A stretch of 64,000 bases of DNA from Malacoraja senta. Its lineage: Eukaryota. The notes beneath the pieces are model-generated. The model was not told the DNA's origin, did no database searches, and saw nothing but the letters and a program-made list of their open reading frames with translations. This document shows positions 37,147 to 51,472 of this stretch, piece by piece. The translations under genes were made by a program, and so were the position numbers. How positions within the stretch are numbered: position 1 is the stretch's first letter; every line of letters begins with the position of its first letter. The stretch is from positions 186,001 through 250,000 of the forward strand of contig JAXLNO010004592.1 in assembly GCA_038087875.1 (NCBI GenBank), read 5' to 3'.

Positions 37147-37705
37147 GTAAACTCGTGTTCAACGATGCGCCGAAATCCCCTATCGCTCTGAAAGCCCGCT
37201 ATATTCTGATCAGGAACGGGGGCGAGTTGCACATCGGAGCGGAAAAATGCCCCTATATTTCCAGCGCCACTATTACTCTCTACGGAAAGTCGACAGATGC
37301 ATTAAACGTGGAGCATTTTGGTCAGAAGTTCATTGGCGTGGACAAAGGTGGTGTTTTGGAATTGCACGGAAGGAAAACCTTGTCTTGGACATTTTTAGCC
37401 CAAACTCTCTACCCCGGTGGCTTGCAGTCTGGGGCTTACCGCTTTGACAGGTACTGGGGCAGCAGGGGTATCAACATCAGGGTGATAGATGCCGGCACGG
37501 CCAAGGTGCTCGCAGCCCACCGTTTCGACACTCACCTCTGGGCGGATGAGAGCAGGCGGCTGCAGGAGTTCTTACGCCGCCAACCCAGAGGGCGAATAGT
37601 GGCCATCGCTGTCGGAGACTCGGCCGCCAGGAGACTGACGCTGTCTGCCAGGAATGACCTGAGCGAACTGCTGGGGAGCAAAGAGGCGATGTATCTGGGC
37701 TACAG
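37147..37705 (+). CDS. CEMIP2-like exon (G8 domain and first GG domain)
   Basis: ttgcag| GKLVF...YILIRNGGELHIGAEKC...RFDTH...ESRRLQEFLR...IVAIAVGDSAA...LGY |gtgagc. Confidence 0.95.
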
Positions 37706-38534
37706 GTGAGCCAGCTCGGATCGTGCATGGCCGCACCGCCGCGCTCCCACTGCGTTTTGAGGAATGTGTTTACATTTTAAATCCAGTTTACTTTCAACAG
37801 ACAGTAAGACGCGTCCCTGTCGTTTACTGCTTTAATTCAATTCGCGTGCTAGATTAAATCTAATCCGGTAAACGAGGCTTTCCGTTTGCTCATTTGGGGC
37901 GGCAGTTTTTACCCACGTTAATTACCCTCTTACCACTGTTTGCCTGCGTTTATAACTGTGTGACAACAAGATGGAGGAAACCAGAGGCCGGGGCATTCCC
38001 TATTCCTCACATGCAGTCGGAAACGTTGCTTGACGTGGAAGGTATCGATTATCTTGTCAACTGGGGTGAGATTTTCAACTCGCAGGTCCTTTAGCAGATT
38101 TGGATCAATGCCAAGGGTACACATTCGCTGAAGTACATTTTAATGATTGCAATTGGAACCACCATGGACAGCTCCCCGGGTCCTTTCTCGGGCGACTGGT
38201 CAGATTGGTTGCAAAGTGAGAGTAAAACGCAAAGTGCTGGAGCTACTCAGCGGGTCAGATAACATTTGTGGAGGGAATGGACAGGAGATGTTTCCTATGG
38301 GGACCCTTCCTCGGTTTCCTCCTCCCTCCACCAGCACAATAAGTTTTGCTCAAGATTCCAGCATATGCGGTTACCTGTGTCTCTAAAAAAAAAGACCATA
38401 CTTGAAACCCATAATGTGTATGTTTATATAGTTCAAATTATGTATTCATTTGTTTCATTCAAGCATATTTGCCATTGTAAATCAATCACAGTGGCAGACA
38501 ATTTCATTATGATCTTTGCCAATCTTGACTTTAG

Positions 38535-38698
38535 GCAACCATGGGCTGCGATTGGAGTTCTTGGTGAATTGTTTGCTATGGAAGACAAACAACTGTATCA
38601 GCCTAATGGGTCAACTGGTATGGCTATAGTAAGAAGAGACTTTCAGACATATGATGGGATTCATTTCACAGTCACTGCTTTCAGTGAGTGGGTGAGAG
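38535..38698 (+). CDS. CEMIP2-like exon (end of GG domain)
   Basis: tttag| RQPWAAIGV...DGIHFTVTAFSEWVR |gtaagt; phases 2 in and 1 out are consistent. Confidence 0.92.
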
Positions 38699-40819
38699 GT
38701 AAGTCTAATCAGCAGTTTTGTGTTTTTGAGGTTTACATTAGGTCTTTTTTAGGGTCACTACTATAGTCTGCTAAGAACCATAGACGCATGTAAGCGGAAG
38801 GCCATACGATTATAAGACATGGAAGCAGAATTAGGCCATTTGCCCTGTCGAGTTTGCTGAGCCATTCGATCATAACTGATCTATGTTTCCCTCTCAACCC
38901 CCATCTCCTGCCTTCTCCCCATCACCATTGACACCCTTACTAATCAAAAATCTATCAATTTCCACTTTAAAAAAATATCTATTGTACAGGTATACCTGAT
39001 TCTCAATTCTGCCTTTTCTCCCTTCACTGATTAAGTAAAAACATATTTTCTTTGTAGAAGAACACAAGCATTTATGTAAACAATTGAGAAACGTAATTGA
39101 AGATATTCAAAGCCAGGAATAATTGGAATTTATAAAAATAACGAAGGTTGAGGAAAAATATCAAAAAGGGGGTGGCTTGCTGGGTGTGGTGGATGGGCTG
39201 ATGGCATCATGCTGTATTTCTTTGATTATAACTATAAGAGTAGAGAGGTTAAAGTTTGGTTATGTAGAGTATTGGCGAGACTACATCTGGGTACTATGTG
39301 CCATATATGTCTCACTTATTTAAGGAAGGATCTATGTTGGAAACAATTCCAAGAAGGTTTACTTGAAGGATTCCCAGCATTGGTGGGTTGTCTTGTGAGG
39401 AAAGTTGGACAAACTAGGCTTGAATCTGCTGGAGAGTAGTAGACTGGGAGGTGACACCACTGGTGCATAAGATGACGGAGCGAATATGGTGAAGATGTTT
39501 CTGCAGTTGTTATCATTGGGATTTTTGGCAATGTCCTCCACGGTGTAGACAATGCGGGGGGGGGGGGGGGGGGGGGATGGTTTGCTGTATCTGTCTTGTT
39601 TTCTGACATTAATTTCCCAGCCACATTCTCCAAAGGTACTGTGATGACCTAAACCACATCTTTTAAAAATATAATCTCCATAGAAAGTTAGTTTTAACAT
39701 TGTGCGTTTCCCAATAACTCATTTTTGTTCCCTATCTTATGAGAACTTACACCACTGATTACTGAAAAATTCCAAGTGTAAGAATAGATTGAAAACCAGT
39801 TGTTGCACAGAAAACAGATGTAATAAATGATACTTTTTTTCTTGGTTGAATGGATATAACTTTTCAATTATCCCAGGGATATGCTCTTGGTCCTACGTTA
39901 GTCACTATTTATGTTAATGACCTAGAGGCGGGGGTCGGATTTAAGGTATCAAAGTTTGCCATTAAGACAAAAATAGATCGAAGGGCATCTTGTGATTTGC
40001 CTACTTTGGAATTTAGAAGAATGAGGACTGATCCTTATTAAACATAAGATTGGAAGGAGGCGTGATATAGAAACACAGAAAATAGGTGCAGGAGTAGGCT
40101 CTTCAGCCCATCGAGCCAGCACCGCCATTCAAATTGATCATGGCTGATCATCCAAAAGCAGTACCCTGTTCCTACTTACCCCCCCATATCCCTTGATTCC
40201 TTTAGCCCTAAGAGCTAAATCTAACTCTCTTGAAAACATCCAGTGAATTGGTCTCCACGGCCTTCTGTGACAGAGTGACAGGGTAGATGTCAGTGTGATC
40301 ACTTGTTGGAGAATAGCTTCAAAATAAAGAGTGAGTCATTTAGAACAGATTTGCATTTAAATTTCTTCTCTGTGAGAGTGATAAATCTCTGAGATTCACT
40401 GACCCAGAGAGTTTTAGCAGCTAGCTCATGACAAGTAGTTCACTTGAAGAGGTAAAGTTTTGGAGAATTTGAGGGCTCTGGCTATCTGGCACAGAGGAGT
40501 TGAGATTTGGTTTTTGGATCGAACATTCTGCATGACATTTCTGAAGCAGTTGTCTACAACTCAATAGTTTTTTTCTATTATAAACTAAAAATTCAACACT
40601 GAACAGCACACATGTGGTTATAGTGAAATATATCATATGCAGGCTGCTATTGATAACTGGGCTTAAATTCACATGGATAGTGTTATTCAAACATGTTGGT
40701 TGACAGTGTTATTGAACTAGATAAGCTTGGGGAGATAAGAATGAGAACTGACTTGTCACAAGTGAATCGGACAGTCATATAGTGCAGGAAAGGAAAGGAA
40801 ACAAAAAAAGATCATTGTC

Positions 40820-41111
40820 CAGGGTGGCACAGTGGTTACAGCACCATGGACCCAGGTTTAATCCTGACTATGGGTTGCTGTCTGTACAGATATTGTACAT
40901 TCTTTCTATGACCGTATGTGTTTTCTCCAGGTGCCTCCCATACTCTAATGTCGTACAGGTTTGTAGGTTAACTGGCTTTTGGAAATTGTCCTTAGTGTGC
41001 AGGATAATCTTAGTGTGTACAGGATGATCGCTGGTAGGCGCAGACTCGGTGGGCTGAAGGGCCTGTTTCAACGCTGTATCTCTAAAGTCTAAAGCAAAGT
41101 CTAAAGTCTAA
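40820..41111 (+). mobile_element. tRNA-derived SINE
   Basis: Head ggtggcacagtgg, tail gggctgaagggcctgtttc...(ctaaagt)n. Confidence 0.78.
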
Positions 41112-41238
41112 TCATATTGCTGTACCATTCTCCATCTTTAAAGGAAAGCAATTGCATAACGTATTTTTTCTTTCTAATATTTATTTTCTTAATGTATGCC
41201 TTTTGTGCTTTTATAACATTGTGTTATTTATTCCACAG

Positions 41239-41424
41239 GTGTCCCTCACTGTGGCTTTCGTGTGGATGTGTCAAATGGTGTTATTCTTAATTTAATGGAT
41301 GATGCCTCAAGCTGGTTGCCTGGTGATCAAATAGTCATTGCAAGTACTGATTATTCTATGCATCAGGCAGAAGAATTTGATCTCCTTCCCTGTCCTGGGT
41401 GTAATATTTATCAGATTAAAATTG
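41239..41424 (+). CDS. CEMIP2-like exon
   Basis: ttccacag| GVPHCGFRVDV...SWLPGDQIVIASTDYSMHQAEEFDLLPC...QIKI |gtaaga. Confidence 0.93.
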
Positions 41425-42379
41425 GTAAGAACTACGAATCTACAATAATTTTGAGTTTATCTCTTTTTAAAACTTTATCTCAAGGATTCTATGGATCAAC
41501 ACTTCGGATTTCTTTTACTCTGTGGATTTAAATTGTGCAATGCTATTCAAGGTTTATCTGGGGACATTTCTGATATGCAATCTGTTTCCTGTCTTTTTTA
41601 CTGTAACAATAAATGTAGACTGTATGTTCAGAATTTAAAGTGTAGAAAGCATACTTTATTGATGTTCAATTTTGCTCAACCAATTTGAATTCCCAACACT
41701 GAGGGATTAGACACAAAATGCTAGAGTAACACAGGAGGTCAGGCAGCATCTCTGGAGAAAATGAATAGGTAACGTTTTGGGTCGCAACCTTTCATCGGAC
41801 CTGAAATGTTACCTATTCTTTTTCTCCAGAGGAGCTGCTTGACCCATTGAGATACTCCAGCATTTTGTGTCTATCTGCGGTATAAACCAGCATCTGCAGT
41901 TCCTTCCTACTTATTCTGAGTGATTAGATATCCTTTCATTTTGCTTCCATGCTGAGCCTTTACCTGGCTAGATTAGAGTTAGTGATCTCAACAAACGGGA
42001 ACATTTGAATTGCCTGCACAGATTAACACACAAAAATATATTTTTCCATTGGTAATGAGTATATCAACACTGAACAAGAGAAGAGTGTTCTCTGATAAAC
42101 CTAGCATGTTGCACAACTTATAGTTTATTGTTTCAGAAGGAACTGCAGATGCTGGAAAATCGAAGGTAGACAAAAATGCTGGAGAAACTCAGCGGGTGAG
42201 GCAGCATCTATGGAGCGAAGGAAATAGGCAACGTTTTGGGCCGAAACCCTTCTTCAGACTGATTATAGTGTCTTGTGATAGTTATCATATGATCAGTTTC
42301 CTGTGGTAGGTGGATAAATCATCCCTGAGCTTTCTTATTAATGAGATTGACTCCAATGTGTTACCTGGTGCACAAGGTT

Positions 42380-42770
42380 GCAGAGAGGTTTACCTTGTCA
42401 GAAGTGTTTGTATCCTTTCCATGTCCACTCTATCTAAGCCTTTCAATATTCAGGAGGTTTCAACGTGATTTCCCCCCTCCCCCGTCCTTCTAAACTCCAG
42501 CAAATACAGGCCCAGTACCTTCAAATGCTCCTCATACATTAATCCAATCGTCCCCGGGATCATTCTTGTAAACCTCCTCTGGACCCTCTCCAACGCAAAC
42601 ACATCCTTCCTCAGATGTGGGGCCAAACAGCTCATAATATTCCAAATGTGGCTTCACACCACCTTATAAAGCCTCAGCAATACATCCTTGCTTTTATATT
42701 CTGGTCCCCTCAAAATGAATGCATTGCATTAGCTTTCCTTACCGCTGACTCAACCTGCAAATTACTCAGA
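42380..42770 (-). mobile_element. CR1 LINE fragment
   Basis: LERVQRRFTRMIPG...LEFRR motif. Confidence 0.8.
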
Positions 42771-44315
42771 GTCTCAGAATAAGGAGATGCATATTTAAAA
42801 CAGAGGTGAGCCTCTTGCCACAGAGAACTGAGAGCAGAGTCCTTCGGGTGTATTTACTGTAATGTTAGAATTTGTTGATGAAGAGAAGGCAGCATAGATT
42901 TAGGAAATCTTGGATCAGTCCTGAACCTTTTCAATGACAAAGCGGACTTTGGAGGGTGGGGAAGGCGGAGGGGGGAGCTGAATAGTCTACTACTATAGTT
43001 GCTGATGGTCAAGCATGAAAGTTAAAATACCAACCCTCCTCCCCCTAAAAAAACCCATCCTGTATTTCCTAAATGCTTGTTAAATATCTGCATGTTATTT
43101 CTACCATTTCCCAGCTGCCCCCTGGGATCTCAGACTTCCCCTCTGGAGTCTTAAATCTGTCTACGCTTATTAACTCTAGCTGTGAAGTCACCACCTACTG
43201 CTTGCTACTTGTTACAGCCTCTTACATTAACTTCATTTCATTCCTTGATCACCAAGATTATATTCCTACCTGCTATTTTTCTTTTGCTTCTGTGGATCAC
43301 GTACTTTTAGTTCCTGCTCTCATTCTTGCAAATTTGCCTCCATTATGATTTGACCTCCAAATTTAAATTTCAGCCAGCAATTTGTTAATTTCATCCACTT
43401 TGCTTCTTATTCTATGCTTTTTTAAAAATAATGCTTATTTGGATTGCACACTTTTAGTGTTTTATCATTAATTGTTTTCATTCTTAGCATACTTTCTAGT
43501 CTACGTTTATTTTTAACCTGCAGTGCCTAGAAGCACCACCTCTAATTCTCAGCTAACTTCCCTGAGGATTTGGATCAATTTTTATTACTAACACTACATG
43601 GGTCATTAAAATGTCATGAGTATGTGCAAAAGATCAATAGCAATTTATACATTCTAGTTGATATTTAACTCGAGGGAACTGCAGCACAAGGCAAAGGAAG
43701 TTGTGCTGCAGTTTTCCAAAGCCTTGATTTGACTGCAGCTGACTACCCCTCTCTTGGTAAAAACAAAGTGCAGTTCAAATTTGCATGATGTGTTAAATAT
43801 AGATAAATGTTTGCTCAGACTTGGATTGCATTCCCTGAAACTGAAGGATAAGGAGTGATTAAATTAAAATGTTAAGATGTTGGGCACCAAGGATAGAAAG
43901 AGGAGATATCTGTGATGATTGGGAAATCTAAGTTTAATACATATAATCTAAAAATTAGACCCAAGCATTTCAAATTTGACCACTTCTGCATTTAAATTAT
44001 GGTAGAAATCTTTTAACTTTATCCATAAGGATTATTGCTTGATCAGTTGTTAAATTAAAATCTGAAATGGATAGATTTTTGTTTCTAAAAGTAATGGAGA
44101 GAAAATAGACTGAATAACTTGAACTTTTTCCAATATTCCTAAAGTTATTGACTGTAGTAAAGTTGATTGGCATCAAATCAACACTTGTTGAGTTGTTCTC
44201 TGTACTCTTTACAATCTGCTGTAATCATTGGGGCTTTTCAAATAAATGTCTTAAGTTGCTGGTGATATGCCATTTCAATGAGTGGGTAGTTTTGAAAAAT
44301 AATCTTTCATCATAG

Positions 44316-44485
44316 GCAAGCCACGTTATCTCCATATGGGTGAAATTGTAGATGGAATAGACATGAGGGCTGAAGTTGGACTTCTAAGTAGAAACATCCT
44401 CATAAAAGGAGAAATGGAGGACTCCTGTTACGGACAAAACTTCTGCCACTTCTTTAGCTACGATACATTTGGTGGACAGATAAAG
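44316..44485 (+). CDS. CEMIP2-like exon
   Basis: catag| GKPRYLHMGEIVDGIDMRAEVGLLSRN...YDTFGGQIK |gtaagc. Confidence 0.94.
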
Positions 44486-45204
44486 GTAAGCATTGTTATT
44501 GAAGGTCTTTCAGCATTGTTTAGATAATATTAATTAGAGGTAAAGCAAATCATGTATATTTGGTCTCTGGCCAAAATACACACTGTTTATTGTGCCTTGT
44601 GGATTTTTCAAAATTGATTTAGGGTGAGAGGGAGGAAATTTCAGTAGGATGAAAAAGGTGTTTTTTTTCCCACAGAGGGATTGAATGAGCTGCCAAAAGT
44701 GGTAGAGACAGAAAAAAAATCACAATGTTTAAAGAAGCCATTGGGTGGGCACTTCGATAGAAGGAGTAGAGCCTAATGCAGGCAAATGGGATTAGTATAG
44801 ATTGTGTCACACTTGGTATGGATGAGTTGGGCTGAGGTGTCCTTTTCTGTGTTGTACTGTTCTATGGCACTAAATGGCAGGAAAATGGTGCAGTGAACCT
44901 ACTGTCAACTTTCTGCTTTTCCTAGATTGGCAATGGCTTCCCAACCAATGCCCTGCCCCCCCCCCCCCTTCAAAGCCATACAGAGTGGTTTAAAGCTCTG
45001 TCTTCTGTTCTACTTCTATCTAGAGTAAGTGTCTTAGGAATTTGAGGAAATTTCTGTCATGCCAGAATATTTCAACTTTTGTAGACTGTATTTTTCTTGA
45101 ACATACCAATCTCTCCATGACTCGAGTGTATTTTCAAAGATTTGGTTCTCAAATCTATCTCAAGTACATAGGGAAGAACTAATTTCATTACCTTGGCTTG
45201 GCAG

Positions 45205-45414
45205 ATCCTAAGAAACTTTGCCTCGGTTCACTTGTCTGGCGTAGAATTGACGAACATGGGCCAGCAGATACTTGGGAGTTACCCAGTACACTTACACCTG
45301 GCTGGAGATGTGGATCGGAAAGGCGGCTACAATCCGCCAACTTATGTGGACAACCTATCCATACATCACTGTTTCTCGCGATGTGTGGCTATACATAGAA
45401 CAAATGGTTTGCTG
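45205..45414 (+). CDS. CEMIP2-like exon (beta-helix/PbH1 region)
   Basis: ttggcag| ILRNFASVHLSGVELTNMGQQ...HLAGDVD...SIHHCFSRCVAIHRTNGLL |gtacgt. Confidence 0.94.
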
Positions 45415-45774
45415 GTACGTGTATCATTCCACCCGACTCTCTAATTTTAACCAAACTAATTCATCAGCACATTCTACATGTTTTCTCATATGTGTAACCA
45501 GCAAATGCTAATGGCAGATTCGGTGAGTATGATATGCACAGTTACTCCTTCAGACCCTATTTGGTGCATTGTGATATATGAAAGCAAAATGTTCTACTCT
45601 TTTTGTTAAAACTTTCCCTCCATCCACCTCCATCCCAAAACATTGTGAACATTGCACTATTTTCCACAGTTTATTTAAATAGGGAATATTCTTAAATTTC
45701 CAATTCTAACCAATCAAAACTGAATTTTTGAGCTAATTTTTCTGAATTATCCTGTAGCAGATGTTTTAACAACA

Positions 45775-46295
45775 ATTTGAGGAAGGACATTCTTGCTGTG
45801 GAGGGAGTGCAGCGTAGGTTCATGAGGTTAATTCCCGGGATGGCGGGACTGTCATGATGAAAGAATGGAGCGACTGGGCTTGTATTCACGGGAATTTAGA
45901 AGGATGAGAGGATATCTTATAGAAGCATATCAAATTATTAAGGGATTGGACACGCTAGATGCAGGAAACTTGTTCCCGATGTTGGGGGAGTTCAGAACCA
46001 GGGGCCACAGTTTAAGAATAAGGGGTAGGCTATTTAGAACTGAGATGAGGAAAAACTTTTTCACCCAGAGAGTTGTGAATTTGTGGAATTCTCTGCCTCA
46101 GAAGGCAGTGGAGGCCAATTCACTGGATGCATTCAAACGAGTTAGATAGAGCTCTTAGGGCTAGCGGAATCAAGGGATATGGGGAGAAGGCAGGAACGGG
46201 GTACTGATTGTGGATGATCAGCCATGATCACATTGAATGGCAGTGCTGGCTCGAAGGGCCGAATGGCCAACTCCTGCACCTATTTTCTATGTATC
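45775..46295 (+). mobile_element. CR1 LINE 3' end
   Basis: EFRRMRGYLIEAY...FFTQRVVNLWNSLP plus the 3' tail. Confidence 0.88.
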
Positions 46296-47069
46296 TAAAC
46301 AACAAACCTGGTCTCATCTAATTAGATATTCTATTCATTCCTCCCTCCCTCCCTCCAGCTTCTTAACTTAAAATGAACCATTTTAACTCTTTCCCAGTTC
46401 TGAACAAGGATCTCAGACCTAAATTATTCACTCTTTATGCAGATTCTGAGAATGCTATTTTTTTTTATTTGTAGTTTTTAACAGTAGACGGAGTAAATCA
46501 GAATTTCAACTATTTCATTCATTTCAATGGTGAAGAAAATTTGGGTTTACATTTGTGATCACTGTATTTGTGCTGCAGATTAAATCAACATTTATACCTC
46601 CATATGTTCTCAAACTGCTGTGCTTGAAGCCATACTGTACCTTGGTACTGGTGACAATAAACTAAACTAAATACTGGGAGTGTACCCAGAGCTCTGGATA
46701 AATGATCATTTGAGGCTTGTTACATCTTGTGCAAACTGCCTTGTTAAGCTTGAATGGGTTACAGAGGGCGTTTTCCTAAAAATGTAGAGAATTACATGTT
46801 GACAAGGAGACTGATCATTTGAGAACTATGTTGATTTACATTCATTGCTCCATTCTAAACAAACATAGTGCATGCCTTTGCCCAATACGCCATGACTTTC
46901 AACTGGCTAGCTTACACTGATATCAAATGTACATACAAATTGGAAGAAGTAAGCTATTTGGCTCCCCTCAGCTTGCTGTGCCATTTAATAAAATTGTAGC
47001 CAATGCATCCTTAATTTTATTTATTTTATGTTTATTTCCCTAATTCAATCTAATCTTTTAATTCTATAG

Positions 47070-47275
47070 GTCAAAGATACAATAGGGTATGACACGCTTG
47101 GACATTGTTTCTTCCTGGAGGATGGTGTGGAGCAGAGAAACATACTGTATCACAACCTGGGTCTCCTTACCAAGCCAGGCACCATCCTCCCTTCTGACCG
47201 CAATGAAATTATGTGCATTTCAATCCGTAATCAAGTTTGTGGAAATTATATTCCCATACCAAGTAATGACTGCAT
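47070..47275 (+). CDS. CEMIP2-like exon (PbH1 repeats)
   Basis: ctatag| VKDTIGYDTLGHCFFLEDGVEQRNILYHNLGLLTKPGTILPSDRN...NDC |gtaagt (translated manually; frame not in the ORF track). Confidence 0.94.
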
Positions 47276-47579
47276 GTAAGTTAAACTTGGAATTTCTCCC
47301 ATTGTTTGAGTCACTATATTGGCACATTTTCTGGTCATTTCTGATTAGAAAAAGATTCAATGTAAAATGAGGGGATATCAGTCTATCATGGAAAGTGAAA
47401 TACAAGCACTTCAAGTATGAAGATTTTGACCATCATTCATATAATTACTGACTCAATGGCACAACCTCAGATCAGATGAGATGAGCCCATGTTTACATGT
47501 GAACCGACTGCAAAATATCCATGCATGCATATCTCAATATAAAAATCCCAAGGTTGCTGCAGGCAGTTCACCACCGATA

Positions 47580-48700
47580 ACACTATATAGAACAATATAA
47601 CACAGGAACAGGCCCTTTAGCCCATGCAGACCACGTTGCCAATCTAAACTAATCCCACGTTCCTGCATATCGTTCCATATCCCTCTGTACGCCAACCAGT
47701 TCATGTATCTGTCCAAATGGTTCTTAAACATTGCTGTGGTATCTTCTATCATCTCCTCTTGCTATTCATTCCAGGCACCTACCCTCTTCCTCACGTTTCC
47801 TTTTAAACTTTCACCTTTCACCCATGCCCTCTAGTATTCAACATCTTTACCTTGTGCAACCTCTCCTTATAACTAATACACTCCAATCCAGCCAACATCC
47901 TGGTGAACCTCTTCTGTACCCTCTCCTAAGCCTTCTTGTCCTTCCTATAGTGTGGTGGTCGGAACTGCACAAAATATTCCAACATTTAGTGTAAAAAATG
48001 TTATATAGCTGTAACATGACTTGTCAACTTTTATACTCAATGCCCCAATTGATGAAAGCAAATCTTCTTTGCCATCCTCTCCACTTGTGTTGCCACTTTC
48101 AGGAGCTATGAACCTGCTACTCAAGATCCCTCTGTTCATTATTGCCCCTTAGGGGCATTCACTGTACGCTTCCCTCTTGCATTTGACTTTACTATTGTGA
48201 TGTCCTCCCAAATCAATATGCAATCCCCCCGACCTCTTATAGATCCCTCTCTAAAACATCTATGCCCTGGAATGTTAAGCTGCCACTGCAGCTCTTCTTT
48301 TAGCCAAGTTTCTGTAATGGCTGCAAAATTGTATTTCCATGTATTAATTCAAGCTCGAAGCACATCTGCCTTGCCCATTATGAACGATCTTGACCTGAAA
48401 CATTGACTATCCATGTCCTTCCATGGATATTACTTGAGCCGTTGAGTTCCTCCACCTGCTCTCCATTTTCTTATTTACCTAATAACTCCCCGCATTAAAA
48501 CAAATATACTTCATACCATCTTTCATATCATGTTCATGATCTTGGACATCCCTGTTTTTCCTGACAGATTTGCTTGACTTAATCTCCACCCTCTCCTCAA
48601 TCATTCCACCTGTTGATCTACTGCTCAGAGCCCAGATTAAACCCCACTCCCCACCAAGCAGCACTAGCAACCCTCCCTGAAAACATTGATTTCCTTTGGT
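47580..48700 (-). mobile_element. Degraded CR1 LINE fragments
   Basis: Reverse-strand CR1 3' tail and ORF2 remnants. Confidence 0.65.
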
Positions 48701-51402
48701 GGGAACTTAGTAATGTGCAATTTAGGATGTTTTTGTTAATTCAGTCGATCTTTCTGAGAATTTCTCATAAAATATCTAATTGGCCTATTAATTTATATTT
48801 TAAAATGCTTAAAAGTATTTTTCAGTTAAGCTTCTAACAATATGTTTTGAACCTGTTTGAGATTTCTGGCTAAGTCTTATGTTCCACTGAATGCATCTTG
48901 AAAAGCTGAAGGCCCCTTTTGAAGTGTAGGGGCTCTTCACCAAGAATATTTCCAGTAGTATTTGCAGGTTCCCATTGAGGATTTACTGAGTTTAGAATAT
49001 TTACTTAGCTTGAAAGCAAGCTGACAGCTCCAGCTGCTGACTACAAAATGTGTCCCATTGTAGCTAGAAATTTATAAATGAAGAAGCTGTTTAATTTTTA
49101 ATGATGACGTGCATCTTCCTCCAATGTGTAAGGATCTGATTGTAATTTGAAAAAAAAAAACTTTGGGCAAATGTAATTGCCTGATGCTGTCTTATTCTTC
49201 TCTTTCCTAGGATGGTGTGAGTTTCATGAGCAGAGATAATTATAATGTTTTGCATAACCTATGTACCCAAAATTGAGAAACATAAGTCTGCAGATACTGG
49301 AAATCTGAAAGAAATGCTGAAAGTACCCAGCAGATCAGGCAGTATCTATGGAGAGAGGAAAATATGTTTCGGAGCAAATCATTCCCATAAGCTAAAATCC
49401 AACAAGCTTTGTCTACACAAGGAACATCAACCTGTGTAGGTTGATCAAACATAAACTTTGTTTTTCTCTCTCCATAGATGCTTTCTTACCATTTGAATAT
49501 TTCTAATATTTTTTTGTTGCTAGGCCAATTGCATTTCATGCAATTTTTGTAATTTGAATCGGTTGCTCTATTTTCTGGGTGTGAGAATAGAAAGAATTTC
49601 AGACCTATTTATATTCTGGGATCCCCGATTAAATGTATTTATACAGGAAATATATTTGCTATATTTATGGAATGGCTTATTTGTGATGTGGCACGGCGGT
49701 AGAGTTGCAATGTCAGAAACCCAGGTTTGATCCTGACTACAGGTGTTGTCTGTACAGAGTATGTACATTCTCCCTGTGACAACGTGGGTTTCCTCCCATA
49801 TTCCAAAGACGTCCAGGCGACAACCACTAGTTTGTCATTATAAAAAATAAAAATAAACTATTTTATTCATCATTGTTATATTCATGGTGGATGTCATTCT
49901 ACCATGCCTGGTCAGGTCGACTGTGACTCTAGAATCAAGCAATCTGATGATCCTTTGAAATGGTCCAGCAAAGATCATGGTCATATCAAGGGAGCAGAAA
50001 GAATGTCGGGGAAGTGGGTGGATATCTAGAATCAGTGCATTAGTGTGTGTGCGGAGAGTGGGGAGAGTTGGATAGAATAATAAGGTTGCAATCGGTTTGG
50101 AAGATTAAGGTTGAATTGTTATGATGTGAGGGGGATGTTGGTGCCATCGATATTGCAGGGTTTGGCGATAGGGGGGGTCTGAAGGACACCTGGAACAAGG
50201 GTTAAGTTTCTAACACGGGGAATCTACCTGCAGCTGGTTTTCAGCACTGGATCCTTCGGGCTAAATCCCTTAAGTATTATTGAAGCAGGTCTCATATTGT
50301 TCTGCTCTTGCATGAGTGGTTTTTACTGTCTGCAGGCTACACAGTGCAAATGAATTGATTGAGTTGGGGTGCAGATCTAGTTTGGAAACTTCATGTGCTC
50401 AGACACACAGAAGAGTCTGAAGCCAAAGTTATTTTGAAATGAATGTAAGAAGCTGTTGCTTTTCCAGTTCAGAATTCTATTTGGTATTGCACATACATTG
50501 TGTTGCACAGTAGAATTGTTGGATGTCATATTTTAATTTATTCTTCCAAAGTCTCCAAGACTACATATACAGTAACAAGACTAATTCTGTAGACTATGCA
50601 ATGCGTTGAGGGAAAATCCAGAATGTGTTCCAACAGCCCAGTCTTGGCCACATGTTTCATTTGCAAGTGTTTTGTGGGGTTACCATGGATTATTGAAAAT
50701 TCATACTAAATGGAACAAGATAAAGAGCAGTTGTCTGTCCATCCGTTCAATAATGTAGATTATAAATATTACGATTACATGCAATTATTAATCACATTTC
50801 CACACTAATTTTCCCTGTCACCCACATCCCCATCAAATGCTCCTTCATCCCATCACATCTCCCCATCTCTCACCCCCTCCCCACCTCCATCACCCCGCCC
50901 AACATGCTTGGGCTACTAAAAAAAGACACAAAGTACTGGTGTAACTGAGCAGGTCAGGCAGCATCTCTGAAGGACATGGAGTACTGATGTTTTGGGTCGG
51001 GACCCTTCTTCAGACTTATACATGTCAGCGAGAGATGCTGCCTGACCCACTGAGTTACTCCGGCATTTGTATTTTTTTTGTAAGCCACCATCTATTGTTC
51101 CTTGTGTTCCCAGACTTAGCACACTAGCCATACTGTGGGTTAGAAAGGAAATGACATTCATTTAAACACATTGCAACTTTCTGAGATATTTTAAGTGCTT
51201 CAGAAACATGTCGAATAAACTGACTAATCTAATTAACCATTGGACTGTTGAGAATTTGGATCTCGCTCAAACCTGAGTAGCATACGCTTGAGTTCCAAGT
51301 ATAAAATTCTTTTAATAAATTTACTGTTGTCACTCTCGTTTTAAGAGGGAATTTGGCTTTATTGGATGCTGTGTATCACTAAAGTGGAATGTTAATTTGC
51401 AG

Positions 51403-51472
51403 GGCTGTCACAACATTTTGGATATCCAATCCTAACAACCACCTCATCAACAATGCAGCAGCTGGTGCCCAG
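51403..51472 (+). CDS. CEMIP2-like exon
   Basis: tttgcag| (M)AVTTFWISNPNNHLINNAAAGAQ |gtaagg. Confidence 0.93.
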
